Shown here piece after piece: positions 21,860 to 29,904 of a stretch of 32,000 nt of DNA. This stretch comes from Bacteroidales bacterium. Lineage in GTDB: Bacteria > Bacteroidota > Bacteroidia > Bacteroidales > JBDKHP01. Location of the stretch: assembly GCA_965230435.1 (NCBI GenBank), contig CBDDLB010000006.1, positions 2,591,101-2,623,100 on the forward strand, in the 5' to 3' direction. The notes under the pieces are model-generated. The model was not told the DNA's origin and did not search any database. It was given only the letters and a program-made list of their open reading frames with translations. The position numbers and the translations under genes were made by a program. The first letter of the stretch is position 1. Each line of letters opens with the position of its first letter.

Positions 21860-22000
21860 AAAAACGCTGTTCTAAAGTTGTAACTCTTACTTCATGAAAT
21901 GCAAAATTACCTAAGTTTTAAGAAGTATCCCGTCGTTTTTTCAATTTGCACATCAATTTAGATACATTCACTGTTTCAGGCATCTGTCTACGAAGGTACG

Positions 22001-23293
22001 CTATTTTGGTAAAGTAAAGATAATTGTTGTACCCTGACCAAAAACAGATTCCACCCTGATTGTTCCTCCCAGCAACTCCACATACCCTTTAGATATCGCC
22101 AATCCAAGACCAACACCATCCGAGTTGGCAATTCCAGAATATTGGTTGTTCTGATAATAGTTGAAAATTTGTTCCTGCGCCTCTTGTCTAATACCTATGC
22201 CAGTATCCTTGATGTAACATTCCAGAAACGTCCCGTGATCAATTGCCCCATACTCAACCTCACCGTCAGATGTGAATTTCAGGGCATTCCTGAGCAAGTT
22301 GGAAAATACAGCATGTACCTTTTGTCTATCAGTATATACCTTGCTATTGGCAGCCTTCAGCTTATCGGTGAGCTTAAGCTCTATGCTCCGCTCGGTAGCA
22401 GTGTCGTAAAAATCCAGATACAGGTCATGCAACAGAATATTGAACGATATCTCCTGAATATCAGGCTTTATCTGATGAGCCTGAATCTCCGATATTTCGA
22501 TAATGCTGTCTATAGCATGCAACAGTTTTCCACTGCTCTGGTTAATGATATTTATGTAATCATCCCGTTTAGCCTCTGTCACCCACGATTCGCCCATCAT
22601 ACTCGCATAACTAACAATCCCACTCAGTGGCGTACGAATCTCGTGTGAAATATTTGCCAGAAAAGCAGACTTCAGGCGGTTGTTTTCTTCAGCCGATTCC
22701 TTGGCCTGCACCAGTTCTATTTTCCGCCTCTCGTTAGGGGTAACATCGTGCAGGCTCAACAAAAGGCCTATAATCGCACCCTCATCATCCTCAATCGCAC
22801 TGATTATCCAATCGTAGAACTTCTCCTCCATATCCTCTGGCAACACAGGGAACAGCTTGGCCTGGCGTATCCATGTTCGGCCCGTTTCCAAAACCTGATC
22901 AAAATGTAATCTGTACTCTTCAAGCGAAAAAAGTTGGAAGATATTCTTGTTCAAAAAGAAAAGCTCTTTCTGTTGATTTGCCTTGCAGAATGCATTGTTA
23001 ACCTTCACCATATTGAAATCCGTGTCGATCAGCACCAAAAGCAAATGAGAATGTGCAAAAAAGCCATCTATGATGTGCCTGCTTATAGAACCGTCCACAG
23101 TAGAGCCATGCAACAACTGCTGATCAATATCATTGGTGTATTGCAACAATGCCTTTTTCAGGCGTTCATTCTCTTCTTTTAGCTCATTATAGCTCAATTC
23201 GGATTCCATTTTCGGAGTGTTATAGTCGTACCCTTTCATAAGTGAACTCAAGTTACGAATTGTTCCCTTTAGATTCAACTTCTTTGAGCCCAA
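22001..23293 (-). CDS. PAS-domain sensor histidine kinase (HisKA + HATPase_c)
   Basis: H-box FLANISHEIRTPL, N/G boxes DTGIGI and GVGLGLAISKGYVELLGG, and a coiled-coil plus PAS-like N-terminal half. The start is TTG 23293 or ATG 23239. Confidence 0.9.
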   Translation of the reverse strand: MGSKKLNLKGTIRNLSSLMKGYDYNTPKMESELSYNELKEENERLKKALLQYTNDIDQQLLHGSTVDGSISRHIIDGFFAHSHLLLVLIDTDFNMVKVNNAFCKANQQKELFFLNKNIFQLFSLEEYRLHFDQVLETGRTWIRQAKLFPVLPEDMEEKFYDWIISAIEDDEGAIIGLLLSLHDVTPNERRKIELVQAKESAEENNRLKSAFLANISHEIRTPLSGIVSYASMMGESWVTEAKRDDYINIINQSSGKLLHAIDSIIEISEIQAHQIKPDIQEISFNILLHDLYLDFYDTATERSIELKLTDKLKAANSKVYTDRQKVHAVFSNLLRNALKFTSDGEVEYGAIDHGTFLECYIKDTGIGIRQEAQEQIFNYYQNNQYSGIANSDGVGLGLAISKGYVELLGGTIRVESVFGQGTTIIFTLPK

Positions 23294-23454
23294 TGTGTTT
23301 AGACAAAAACTAAAGTATCAAAATAAAAACAAGAGCCTTTTTACAGAACACCGATTATTCACCGTATGAATATCCAGAAACAGAGGTCAATCCGTTCTTG
23401 CTCACAGATATTTTGAAGGTTCAGAAAATTATTATTTGGCAGCACAACTGCATT

Positions 23455-23645
23455 GCTTTTTACCAACATCGTCGCGCTTTCCGCTACAAGTCCTCGCACC
23501 AAGAGCTGTTCCTCATCGCTCTGGCAGTCTATTCCGCTGCGCTACATAGCTGCCAGAACGTGTTCCACTAGCCCTTGTTGCTGTGGGCTTTCCTCTACAA
23601 TCGCGGCTGAACCCAAACGCAAACCCGTTCTATAACAGCCCCATG
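23455..23645 (-). repeat. R2 dispersed repeat, copy D (diverged)
   Basis: The reverse complement aligns with 5007-5145, for example cagccgcgattgtagaggaaagccc ... tctggcagctatgtagcgcagcggaatagactgccaga ... gcgaggacttgtagcggaaagcgcg. Confidence 0.75.
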
Positions 23646-23695
23646 ATTGAACAGTACAATTTCAAGTCTGGACATACAAAAATAAAACTTCAATT

Positions 23696-24700
23696 TCATC
23701 TCTTTGCATAACGGCTCAAAACCACAATAAACACAGAACCGCCCACTATTCCAGTAATAACTCCAATAGGAAGTTCGTTGGGCGAAATGATAGTTCGGGC
23801 AATGGTATCACTAAAAATCATAAAACTAGCACCGCCCAGAAAAGCACCGGGAAGAAGAATGCGGTAGTCCATGCCAAGCCAAAGCCTAATAAGATGTGGA
23901 ACCACAAGACCAACAAAACCAATCACTCCCGATATGGCCACACTAACCCCCGTCAATAACGATGTAATAATGAAAAGCGCACGTATAGCAGTGTCCGTGT
24001 TCACCCCAAGATATCTAGCCTTCTCTTCTCCAAGTCGCAATGCATTCAGAGGTTGGGAAAACAAAATTGTGGTAAACAGACCAAGCAACGAAATACCAAA
24101 CATAGAATAGATGAGTGTAGTATCCGTTTCATCAAGAGAACCCATTATCCAAAATACTATTCCGTGTAAGTTCTCGGAAGTGGTGGTGGACATTAGGAAC
24201 ATCATGCCCGACGAGGCAACAAAACTGATCATTACCCCCACAAGCAGCATGTTTTTCACCTCCAACTGCCCTCTTTTCAAGCTCAGGAAGTAGACTGATA
24301 TTATAGTCGCAAGAGCACCGGTAAAACCAGCGGTTGGTAATACAAACAGTCCAAATTTTTGCTGAAGCCCAAGGACTATAGTAAAAGCAACACCTAAAGC
24401 TGCTCCGCCTGAAATACCCAAGGTGTAAGGTTCTACAAGAGGGTTTCTGAAAATTCCCTGTAGCACCACACCGGAAAGACTAAGGGCACCACCAACAGCA
24501 AAACCAAGAATGATGCGCGGAAGGCGGATATTGTAAAGGATGGTGTATTCCATGCTCTCTTTGTCGAGATCTAGAATGGACAAAATCTGAGAAAAAGGGA
24601 TTTTCAGTTCTCCACTGCCTAACGAATAAGCGATTGTAATGCAAAGCAGTAAGAACAGAAGTAGTAAATACCCAGACCATTTTATGTTGCGATTCAGCAT
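23696..24700 (-). CDS. FecCD/BtuC-family ABC transporter permease (iron-siderophore/cobalamin type)
   Basis: 334 aa containing LRLPRIILGFAVGGALSLSGVVLQGIFRNPLVEPYTLGISGGAALG, with about 9-10 TM helices. Confidence 0.9.
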   Translation of the reverse strand: MLNRNIKWSGYLLLLFLLLCITIAYSLGSGELKIPFSQILSILDLDKESMEYTILYNIRLPRIILGFAVGGALSLSGVVLQGIFRNPLVEPYTLGISGGAALGVAFTIVLGLQQKFGLFVLPTAGFTGALATIISVYFLSLKRGQLEVKNMLLVGVMISFVASSGMMFLMSTTTSENLHGIVFWIMGSLDETDTTLIYSMFGISLLGLFTTILFSQPLNALRLGEEKARYLGVNTDTAIRALFIITSLLTGVSVAISGVIGFVGLVVPHLIRLWLGMDYRILLPGAFLGGASFMIFSDTIARTIISPNELPIGVITGIVGGSVFIVVLSRYAKR

Positions 24701-24957
24701 ACTTTCTTCTTTAAAAAAACGATGGGCAAAGGTACACTTTCAGATTTTCAATGGAAGAGTCTTTCAGAAGAGTCTGAAGTTTTTGTGCCGTGTCTGGGGT
24801 AACAGGTTGTTTTTTCACTTTCACTAGATGCGGTCTTTTATGCTGTATAATATGTTTCTGTTGCTGCATTTCTTTTCTACAACATATTTGGCAAGACTTC
24901 TTTGTAGTCGATGCAGTTTACATTTGTGACCGACCCACAATTCAAAGAACTACAATT

Positions 24958-26469
24958 ATGGAAAAAACGCACTATATCTCTTCTGAGCGGCTAACATTTT
25001 GGCGAATTGAAGAAATGTTGAACGGCAACCACAAGCTGGCATTATCGGACGGAGCAGTGAAACGCATTCAAAAATGTCGCGATTACCTAGATAATAAAAT
25101 GAAGAACCAGAAAGAACCCATCTACGGTGTTTCTACTGGTTTTGGTGCATTGTGCGACGTTACGATTTCGAACGAGCAGTTATCACAACTGCAAGAAAAC
25201 CTCGTCGTGTCACATGCTTGCGGACAGGGCGATGAGGTGGACACGAAAATCGTAAAGCTGATGCTTATCCTAAAGGCTCAGGCACTTTCATCTGGACATT
25301 CCGGTGTGCAGGTAATTACGGTTCAGCGTATTTTAGATTTTTACAACAATGGCATTTACCCAGTTGTTTATCAGCAAGGTTCGCTAGGAGCTTCTGGCGA
25401 CTTAGCCCCTTTGGCACACCTTTTTTTACCACTTTTGGGTCAGGGCGAAGTAAATTACGAAGGGAAAAAGTACTCAGGAGCAGAAATCCTAAAAAAGTTC
25501 GGCTGGAAACCCATCACCCTACAGTCGAAAGAGGGATTGGCTCTGCTCAACGGCACTCAGTTTATGAGTTCTCACGGTGTTGCCGTTTTACTAAAAGCAT
25601 TCAAGTTAGAGCAGTTAGCGGACATCATAGCAGCAGTATCGCTAGATGCTTTCGACGGGCGGCTCGATCCTTTTATGGACGAAATTCAACAGATTCGCCC
25701 ACACAATGGCCAGATCGAAACAGCCGAGAATTTCCGTCGCATTCTCAAGAACAGCGAAATGCAGGAGCGCTACAAGCGTCACATACAAGACCCATATTCG
25801 TTCCGTTGCATTCCTCAGGTACATGGGGCTTCAAAAGACGCAATTAACCATGTCGCGAAGGTAGTTCAAACAGAGATTAATGCCGTAACAGATAATCCAA
25901 CCATTTTTCCAGATAAAGACCTGATTGTTTCTGGTGGGAATTTCCACGGTCAGCCTCTCGCACTTTCTTACGATTATCTGGGCATGGCACTAGCCGAGCT
26001 TGGGAGTATTTCAGAACGGCGCGTATATCGCCTAATCTCAGGTTGGAGAAAACTCCCGGAGTTTTTGGTAGCAAGCCCCGGCCTAAACTCTGGCTTTATG
26101 ATCCCACAATACGCCGCAGCATCAATCGTAAGCCAGAACAAACAGTTGGCAACCCCATCGTCCGTAGATTCCATTCCTTCTTCGAACGAACAAGAAGACC
26201 ACGTAAGTATGGGCGGAAACGGCGCAACCAAACTTGTCCGTATAGTAGACAATCTAGAGCGCATTTTAGCAATCGAACTTTTCAATGCAGCTCAGGCTCT
26301 GGAATTCCGACGTCCAACAAAATCTTCGCCGTACATCGAGCGGTTCGTTGGAGAATTTCGCAAAAAAGTAGACTTCATAAAAGAAGACAAAGTAATGTAT
26401 CAGGAAATTGATAAGGCTGTGGATTTTTTGCGTAGCGTTGATTTGGATGCTGTTGGGGAGGGGCTATAA
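24958..26469 (+). CDS. hutH: histidine ammonia-lyase
   Basis: It has the MIO-forming motif GSLGASGDLAPLAH, GVSTGFGAL, and a length of 503 aa from ATG 24958. The 56-codon extension in the ORF track (GTG 24790) is Cys/Phe-rich and implausible. Confidence 0.85.
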   Translation: MEKTHYISSERLTFWRIEEMLNGNHKLALSDGAVKRIQKCRDYLDNKMKNQKEPIYGVSTGFGALCDVTISNEQLSQLQENLVVSHACGQGDEVDTKIVKLMLILKAQALSSGHSGVQVITVQRILDFYNNGIYPVVYQQGSLGASGDLAPLAHLFLPLLGQGEVNYEGKKYSGAEILKKFGWKPITLQSKEGLALLNGTQFMSSHGVAVLLKAFKLEQLADIIAAVSLDAFDGRLDPFMDEIQQIRPHNGQIETAENFRRILKNSEMQERYKRHIQDPYSFRCIPQVHGASKDAINHVAKVVQTEINAVTDNPTIFPDKDLIVSGGNFHGQPLALSYDYLGMALAELGSISERRVYRLISGWRKLPEFLVASPGLNSGFMIPQYAAASIVSQNKQLATPSSVDSIPSSNEQEDHVSMGGNGATKLVRIVDNLERILAIELFNAAQALEFRRPTKSSPYIERFVGEFRKKVDFIKEDKVMYQEIDKAVDFLRSVDLDAVGEGL

Positions 26470-26492
26470 GTAAGTTTTTGTTCAATTATTAG

Positions 26493-26804
26493 ATGATGAA
26501 GAAGGTAGGAATAGCAATAGTTGCACTTTTTATAATTGTTGTTTTTGTGTTTATGATGAGGTGCTTGGAGGAGAATGAATACAAAGAGAATGGTCAGCAG
26601 CTGATCAATGCAGTTGAGACTTTTCGTTCAACAAACGGAGTACTTCCTTCTTCATCAGAAGAAATTGATTTTGAGTTTCAAATGGGGAAGGGGCCTTATT
26701 ACAAAAAAATAGATTCGATGAAATATATCGTCTATTTCAGTATTGGTTTCGACAACAGTTATGTTTATAATTCTTGGACTAAGACTTGGAAAGATATGCC
26801 TTAG
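26493..26804 (+). CDS. small hypothetical protein with an N-terminal membrane anchor or signal
   Basis: 103 aa beginning MMKKVGIAIVALFIIVVFVFMM. Confidence 0.5.
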   Translation: MMKKVGIAIVALFIIVVFVFMMRCLEENEYKENGQQLINAVETFRSTNGVLPSSSEEIDFEFQMGKGPYYKKIDSMKYIVYFSIGFDNSYVYNSWTKTWKDMP

Positions 26805-26842
26805 AAAGAGTGTGCGCTATTACTAGAGAAACGAATTGTTCT

Positions 26843-27166
26843 ATGGGTGTTTTAAAAAAAAGCTTTTTTGTTCTTATCGCTTTGTTTATAGGAGTATCTT
26901 CACTTTTTCAAGTGAAATTAGAGAACTATATAAGAGATCAGAACCGGAAATATGAAATTTTAAATGAGCGAAAGAGAAATAGTTATTTGCCAGCAATATT
27001 TTATTATCTCTATCGTCCAGAAGATTGTCACAGGTCTTTTCTTTTGCCATACAAATCTGAAGAAGTACGAGAATTTTCTTCAAGAGGTTTGTACGATGAA
27101 TATATTGTCTTTTGCTATTTCACGAAAACTGAACGCGAAATTTTCTTAAGTGGAAAACTAAAGTAG
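26843..27166 (+). CDS. small hypothetical protein with an N-terminal signal or anchor
   Basis: ATG 26843 gives MGVLKKSFFVLIALFIGVSSLF.... The ORF track's TTG 26786 start overlaps the previous gene. Confidence 0.45.
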   Translation: MGVLKKSFFVLIALFIGVSSLFQVKLENYIRDQNRKYEILNERKRNSYLPAIFYYLYRPEDCHRSFLLPYKSEEVREFSSRGLYDEYIVFCYFTKTEREIFLSGKLK

Positions 27167-27317
27167 AACGAAGGAAGTTGGAAGTATAAGTCTTTTTTGT
27201 TGTCTAGGTGAATTACACAGGTGTGTTAATGGTAATCTTCTTGATAAATATAATGGAAGTGGTGTTAAATTGTATGATAAACTGATTTGAGGTTTTGATC
27301 AAATGAATATTTGAAGA

Positions 27318-27677
27318 ATGATAAAGAGAGTTCTGATTTGTTTATTATTTCTAATATCTCTATCGTGTAACGAAGACTGCAAAATAGACAAACGCTTCAA
27401 AAAACGCTTTTCCTCAGCCATTGAAACCATTCAAGATTCACAAACCTGCTATTTCTGCAAAGATTTTCTTGTTCAGGATATACAAAACGCAGTTTTTTTC
27501 TTGGTATCCATTAACAAGATAGAACCTAGTGATTTCGACATCGAACACGGAGCTTATTATAAAAAAGATAACTGCCGCAGTGACATTAGGAAGTGGAAAA
27601 ACTGGTACAAAAACAACAAATGCGGTTTCACATTAGAAATGGCCGATAGCATGTTTGCTAATTCAACTTCATACTGA
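27318..27677 (+). CDS. small putative lipoprotein
   Basis: 119 aa with a lipobox-like LLFLISLSC. Confidence 0.5.
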   Translation: MIKRVLICLLFLISLSCNEDCKIDKRFKKRFSSAIETIQDSQTCYFCKDFLVQDIQNAVFFLVSINKIEPSDFDIEHGAYYKKDNCRSDIRKWKNWYKNNKCGFTLEMADSMFANSTSY

Positions 27678-27836
27678 GACGATTTTCTTTCGAAATCAGA
27701 AAATAGGCAGTGTTAAGTAGGTGTGCTAATATAAACGACACTTTTAGGTATGTCACAACACTGAATATTAGCACAATGCTTTTCCTAATAAATAGCACCA
27801 CGTGCTTACATCCACCTATTTTCAGAACTATGGAAA

Positions 27837-28277
27837 TCACTTAACAACAGTAATCAAAGCAGTTTCATCATTATAAACCAGTTCCCCATTGTACCATAGT
27901 TTCGTAATGTAAGCGAAATTGCTGCCAGACTTTATCTCCGTAACAATTGTATCCGTAGTTGTTTCAGACAATTTCAAGTATGTGGTTTGGTTGGTCAAGT
28001 TCAAGAGCAAAGTATAAAAACCTCTTTCCTTAGAAAAAAGATTGGAACTGCCGTTAGTTATCACCTCCTTAGATCCAGACTTCATGATAAACGTTTCAAT
28101 TAGGCTATGATCAAAAGCTTCCGGTGTATCAGGATCAAGCATATCGTTCCCACTCTTGTTTTTAAATGCAAATTCCATTACGGTGCTATAGAAAGCATCT
28201 GGTTTTTCTACCGAGCGTTCGTCTTTTTCACAGCCGAGAAACATCACAAACGCGATTACAAACAGTATGTACTTCAT
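27837..28277 (-). CDS. small putative lipoprotein
   Basis: 146 aa with signal plus lipobox MKYILFVIAFVMFLGC. Confidence 0.55.
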   Translation of the reverse strand: MKYILFVIAFVMFLGCEKDERSVEKPDAFYSTVMEFAFKNKSGNDMLDPDTPEAFDHSLIETFIMKSGSKEVITNGSSNLFSKERGFYTLLLNLTNQTTYLKLSETTTDTIVTEIKSGSNFAYITKLWYNGELVYNDETALITVVK

Positions 28278-28332
28278 TAGTTTTAAAAATATTAAGGTTT
28301 AGTTTTTTGTATAAAAAATAGTTAATTAAAAA

Positions 28333-29022
28333 TCAATCCACCAATCTCTCCTGCAAAGCCAACCGCACAAGATCAGCCACATTATTCACCTTCACCTTTT
28401 TCATAATATGCAAACGGTGAGTCTCAATCGTGCGGATGCTGATACCAAGCTCCTCAGCAATCAGCTTATTGTTTTTCCCGTTCACAATCATGCCCAAAAT
28501 CTGTTTCTCGCGCTTAGTGATTTCATATTTCGCAGGCACTTTTTCCTTTGCCACCTTCGATTTACTAGGAGCCTGTTTCGGCGGCTTCACAGTATGCAGG
28601 TACTGATTCACAATCACATTAGCAACCTCACTACTAAAATATTTCTCCCCCTCGTACACTTTCTTGATAGCCTTAATAAAACGCCCCTTGTCAGTATCCT
28701 TCAAAATATAGCCATACGCACCATATTCCACAGCATTCAGCACATATTCCTCACGGTCGAACATCGACAAAATCAGAACGCGCGCATCAGGATTCTGCTT
28801 CACCAATTCCTGAGTCGCCTCAATACCCGTCATATTCGGCATACTGATATCCATAATCACAACATCGGGTTGCGTTTCTTGCACCACACGCACCGCCTCT
28901 TCTCCGTCCGATGCCTCACCAATCACCTTCAGATAACCCTCCGATTCCAACATCTGTTTTATCCCGTTGCGTACAATTTGGTGGTCGTCAGCCAAAACAA
29001 GCTTTATCTCTTTGTGTTTCAT
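28333..29022 (-). CDS. NarL/LuxR-family response regulator (REC + HTH_LuxR)
   Basis: Motifs are LVLADDHQIVRNG, VVIMDISMP and TKREKQILGMIVNGKNNKLIAEELGISIRTIETHR. Confidence 0.9.
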   Translation of the reverse strand: MKHKEIKLVLADDHQIVRNGIKQMLESEGYLKVIGEASDGEEAVRVVQETQPDVVIMDISMPNMTGIEATQELVKQNPDARVLILSMFDREEYVLNAVEYGAYGYILKDTDKGRFIKAIKKVYEGEKYFSSEVANVIVNQYLHTVKPPKQAPSKSKVAKEKVPAKYEITKREKQILGMIVNGKNNKLIAEELGISIRTIETHRLHIMKKVKVNNVADLVRLALQERLVD

Positions 29023-29071
29023 AATCTTTCGATCGTATTTTTCGTAATTGTCTTAGAAATATCAGTTTTTT

Positions 29072-29285
29072 TATTAGGAGCAGGAAGTTATCTCTCTATA
29101 AAACGACAGTCGCGCCTTCCCCTCCAAGTCCTCAGCTCCCGTGCCGTTCCACATCGCCGTGGCGGTCTATTCCGCCGAAGCTACATAGCCGCCACACCGT
29201 GTGTCACAGGCACGCGAGCTTCCGGGCTTTCCGATACAGTCGCGGCTATTTTTACGACTGAACCGCTTTTTAATACAGCCCTTTT
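29072..29285 (-). repeat. R2 dispersed repeat, copy C (diverged)
   Basis: The reverse complement aligns with copy A from tagccgcgactgtatcggaaagccc to gctcctaataa. It ends 50 nt upstream of the regulator start codon. Confidence 0.8.
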
Positions 29286-29302
29286 TTGAAATGTATATTT
29301 TT

Positions 29303-29471
29303 GATAGTACTATACATGTAATGTTCGTTCGAAATGCCCCCTATTTCCCCCTAAAGGGGGACTTAGTTACCGAATAGTCCTGAAAGGTGTGCGAATCAAT
29401 ACGATATAATTCAGGAACATTCACATTTGGGCCCTATTTCACAATAAAAGCATTACATGTATAACACTATC
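29303..29471 (+). mobile_element. MITE-A copy 2 (intact, 169 bp, carries an empty IS110 target site)
   Basis: TIRs are gatagtactatacatgtaatg and cattacatgtataacactatc. The flanking 8-mers atattttt (29295-29302) and attttttt (29472-29479) match at 7 of 8 positions. It contains ccccctaaaggggg at 29347-29360. Confidence 0.8.
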
Positions 29472-29764
29472 ATTTTTTTTATGTTGATGAAGAAATGATC
29501 TTGGCATATCAGAAATAACCACATATCGATAGCATTTGTTATCAGTACCATCGCTACGCGATTCATCGTTGGCAAAACATATTTTTACAGGGATTTACAT
29601 CCCTGCCTACAAACCTGTCACTGCTACGCAGTTCTAAAAATATAGCAAGCTCAAAAATTACTATTTACACTGGGATAGCATTACATGTGTTCTTGTCGAC
29701 ACTTACACCTCCAAGGTTTTCAAAACCTTGGAGGTGTGATGCTTCAAAAAAAGCATTTCTGAAT

Positions 29765-29883
29765 GAATAGCATTACATGCAGAACACTACCCACAATAGC
29801 ATATCCAGTACTGATACGTATACTTTTCAGAACTATTCGGTAACCAAGTCCCCCTTTAGGGGGAAATAGGGGGCATTTCAAAC
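29765..29883 (-). repeat. MITE-A-related partial or rearranged copy, inverted, with a second empty IS110 target site
   Basis: The reverse complement reads gtttgaaatgccccctatttccccctaaagggggacttggttaccgaatagttctgaaaag...gtagtgttctgcatgtaatgctattc. The target hairpin is at 29850-29863. Confidence 0.65.
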
Positions 29884-29904
29884 ATAACACCACCTCCCAA
29901 ACCA

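Noticed and set aside
24701-24957. A cobalamin riboswitch upstream of the FecCD permease. A direct repeat gaagagtct x2 was also noted at ~24754-24775.
   Set aside because: No B12-box-like sequence is recognisable on the minus strand. The short direct repeat alone is insufficient to call a regulatory site.
24790-24957. The N-terminal 56-codon extension of hutH given in the ORF track, and similarly the cobA extension 12663-12728 and the kinase extension 31750-31782.
   Set aside because: These extensions start at non-ATG codons, encode implausible Cys/Phe-rich or repeat-derived peptides, and precede canonical ATG starts that give family-typical N-termini.
890-29285. R2 copies as integron attC-like cassette recombination sites (co-oriented, at gene boundaries).
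   Set aside because: Copies are dispersed over 28 kb among ordinary operons rather than forming a cassette array. No integron integrase is present, and the element is larger than, and unlike, attC architecture.
28408-29289. A 293-aa plus-strand ORF overlapping the LuxR-type regulator and R2 copy C.
   Set aside because: It is antisense to a well-supported REC + HTH gene and runs on into a repeat. It has no motifs.
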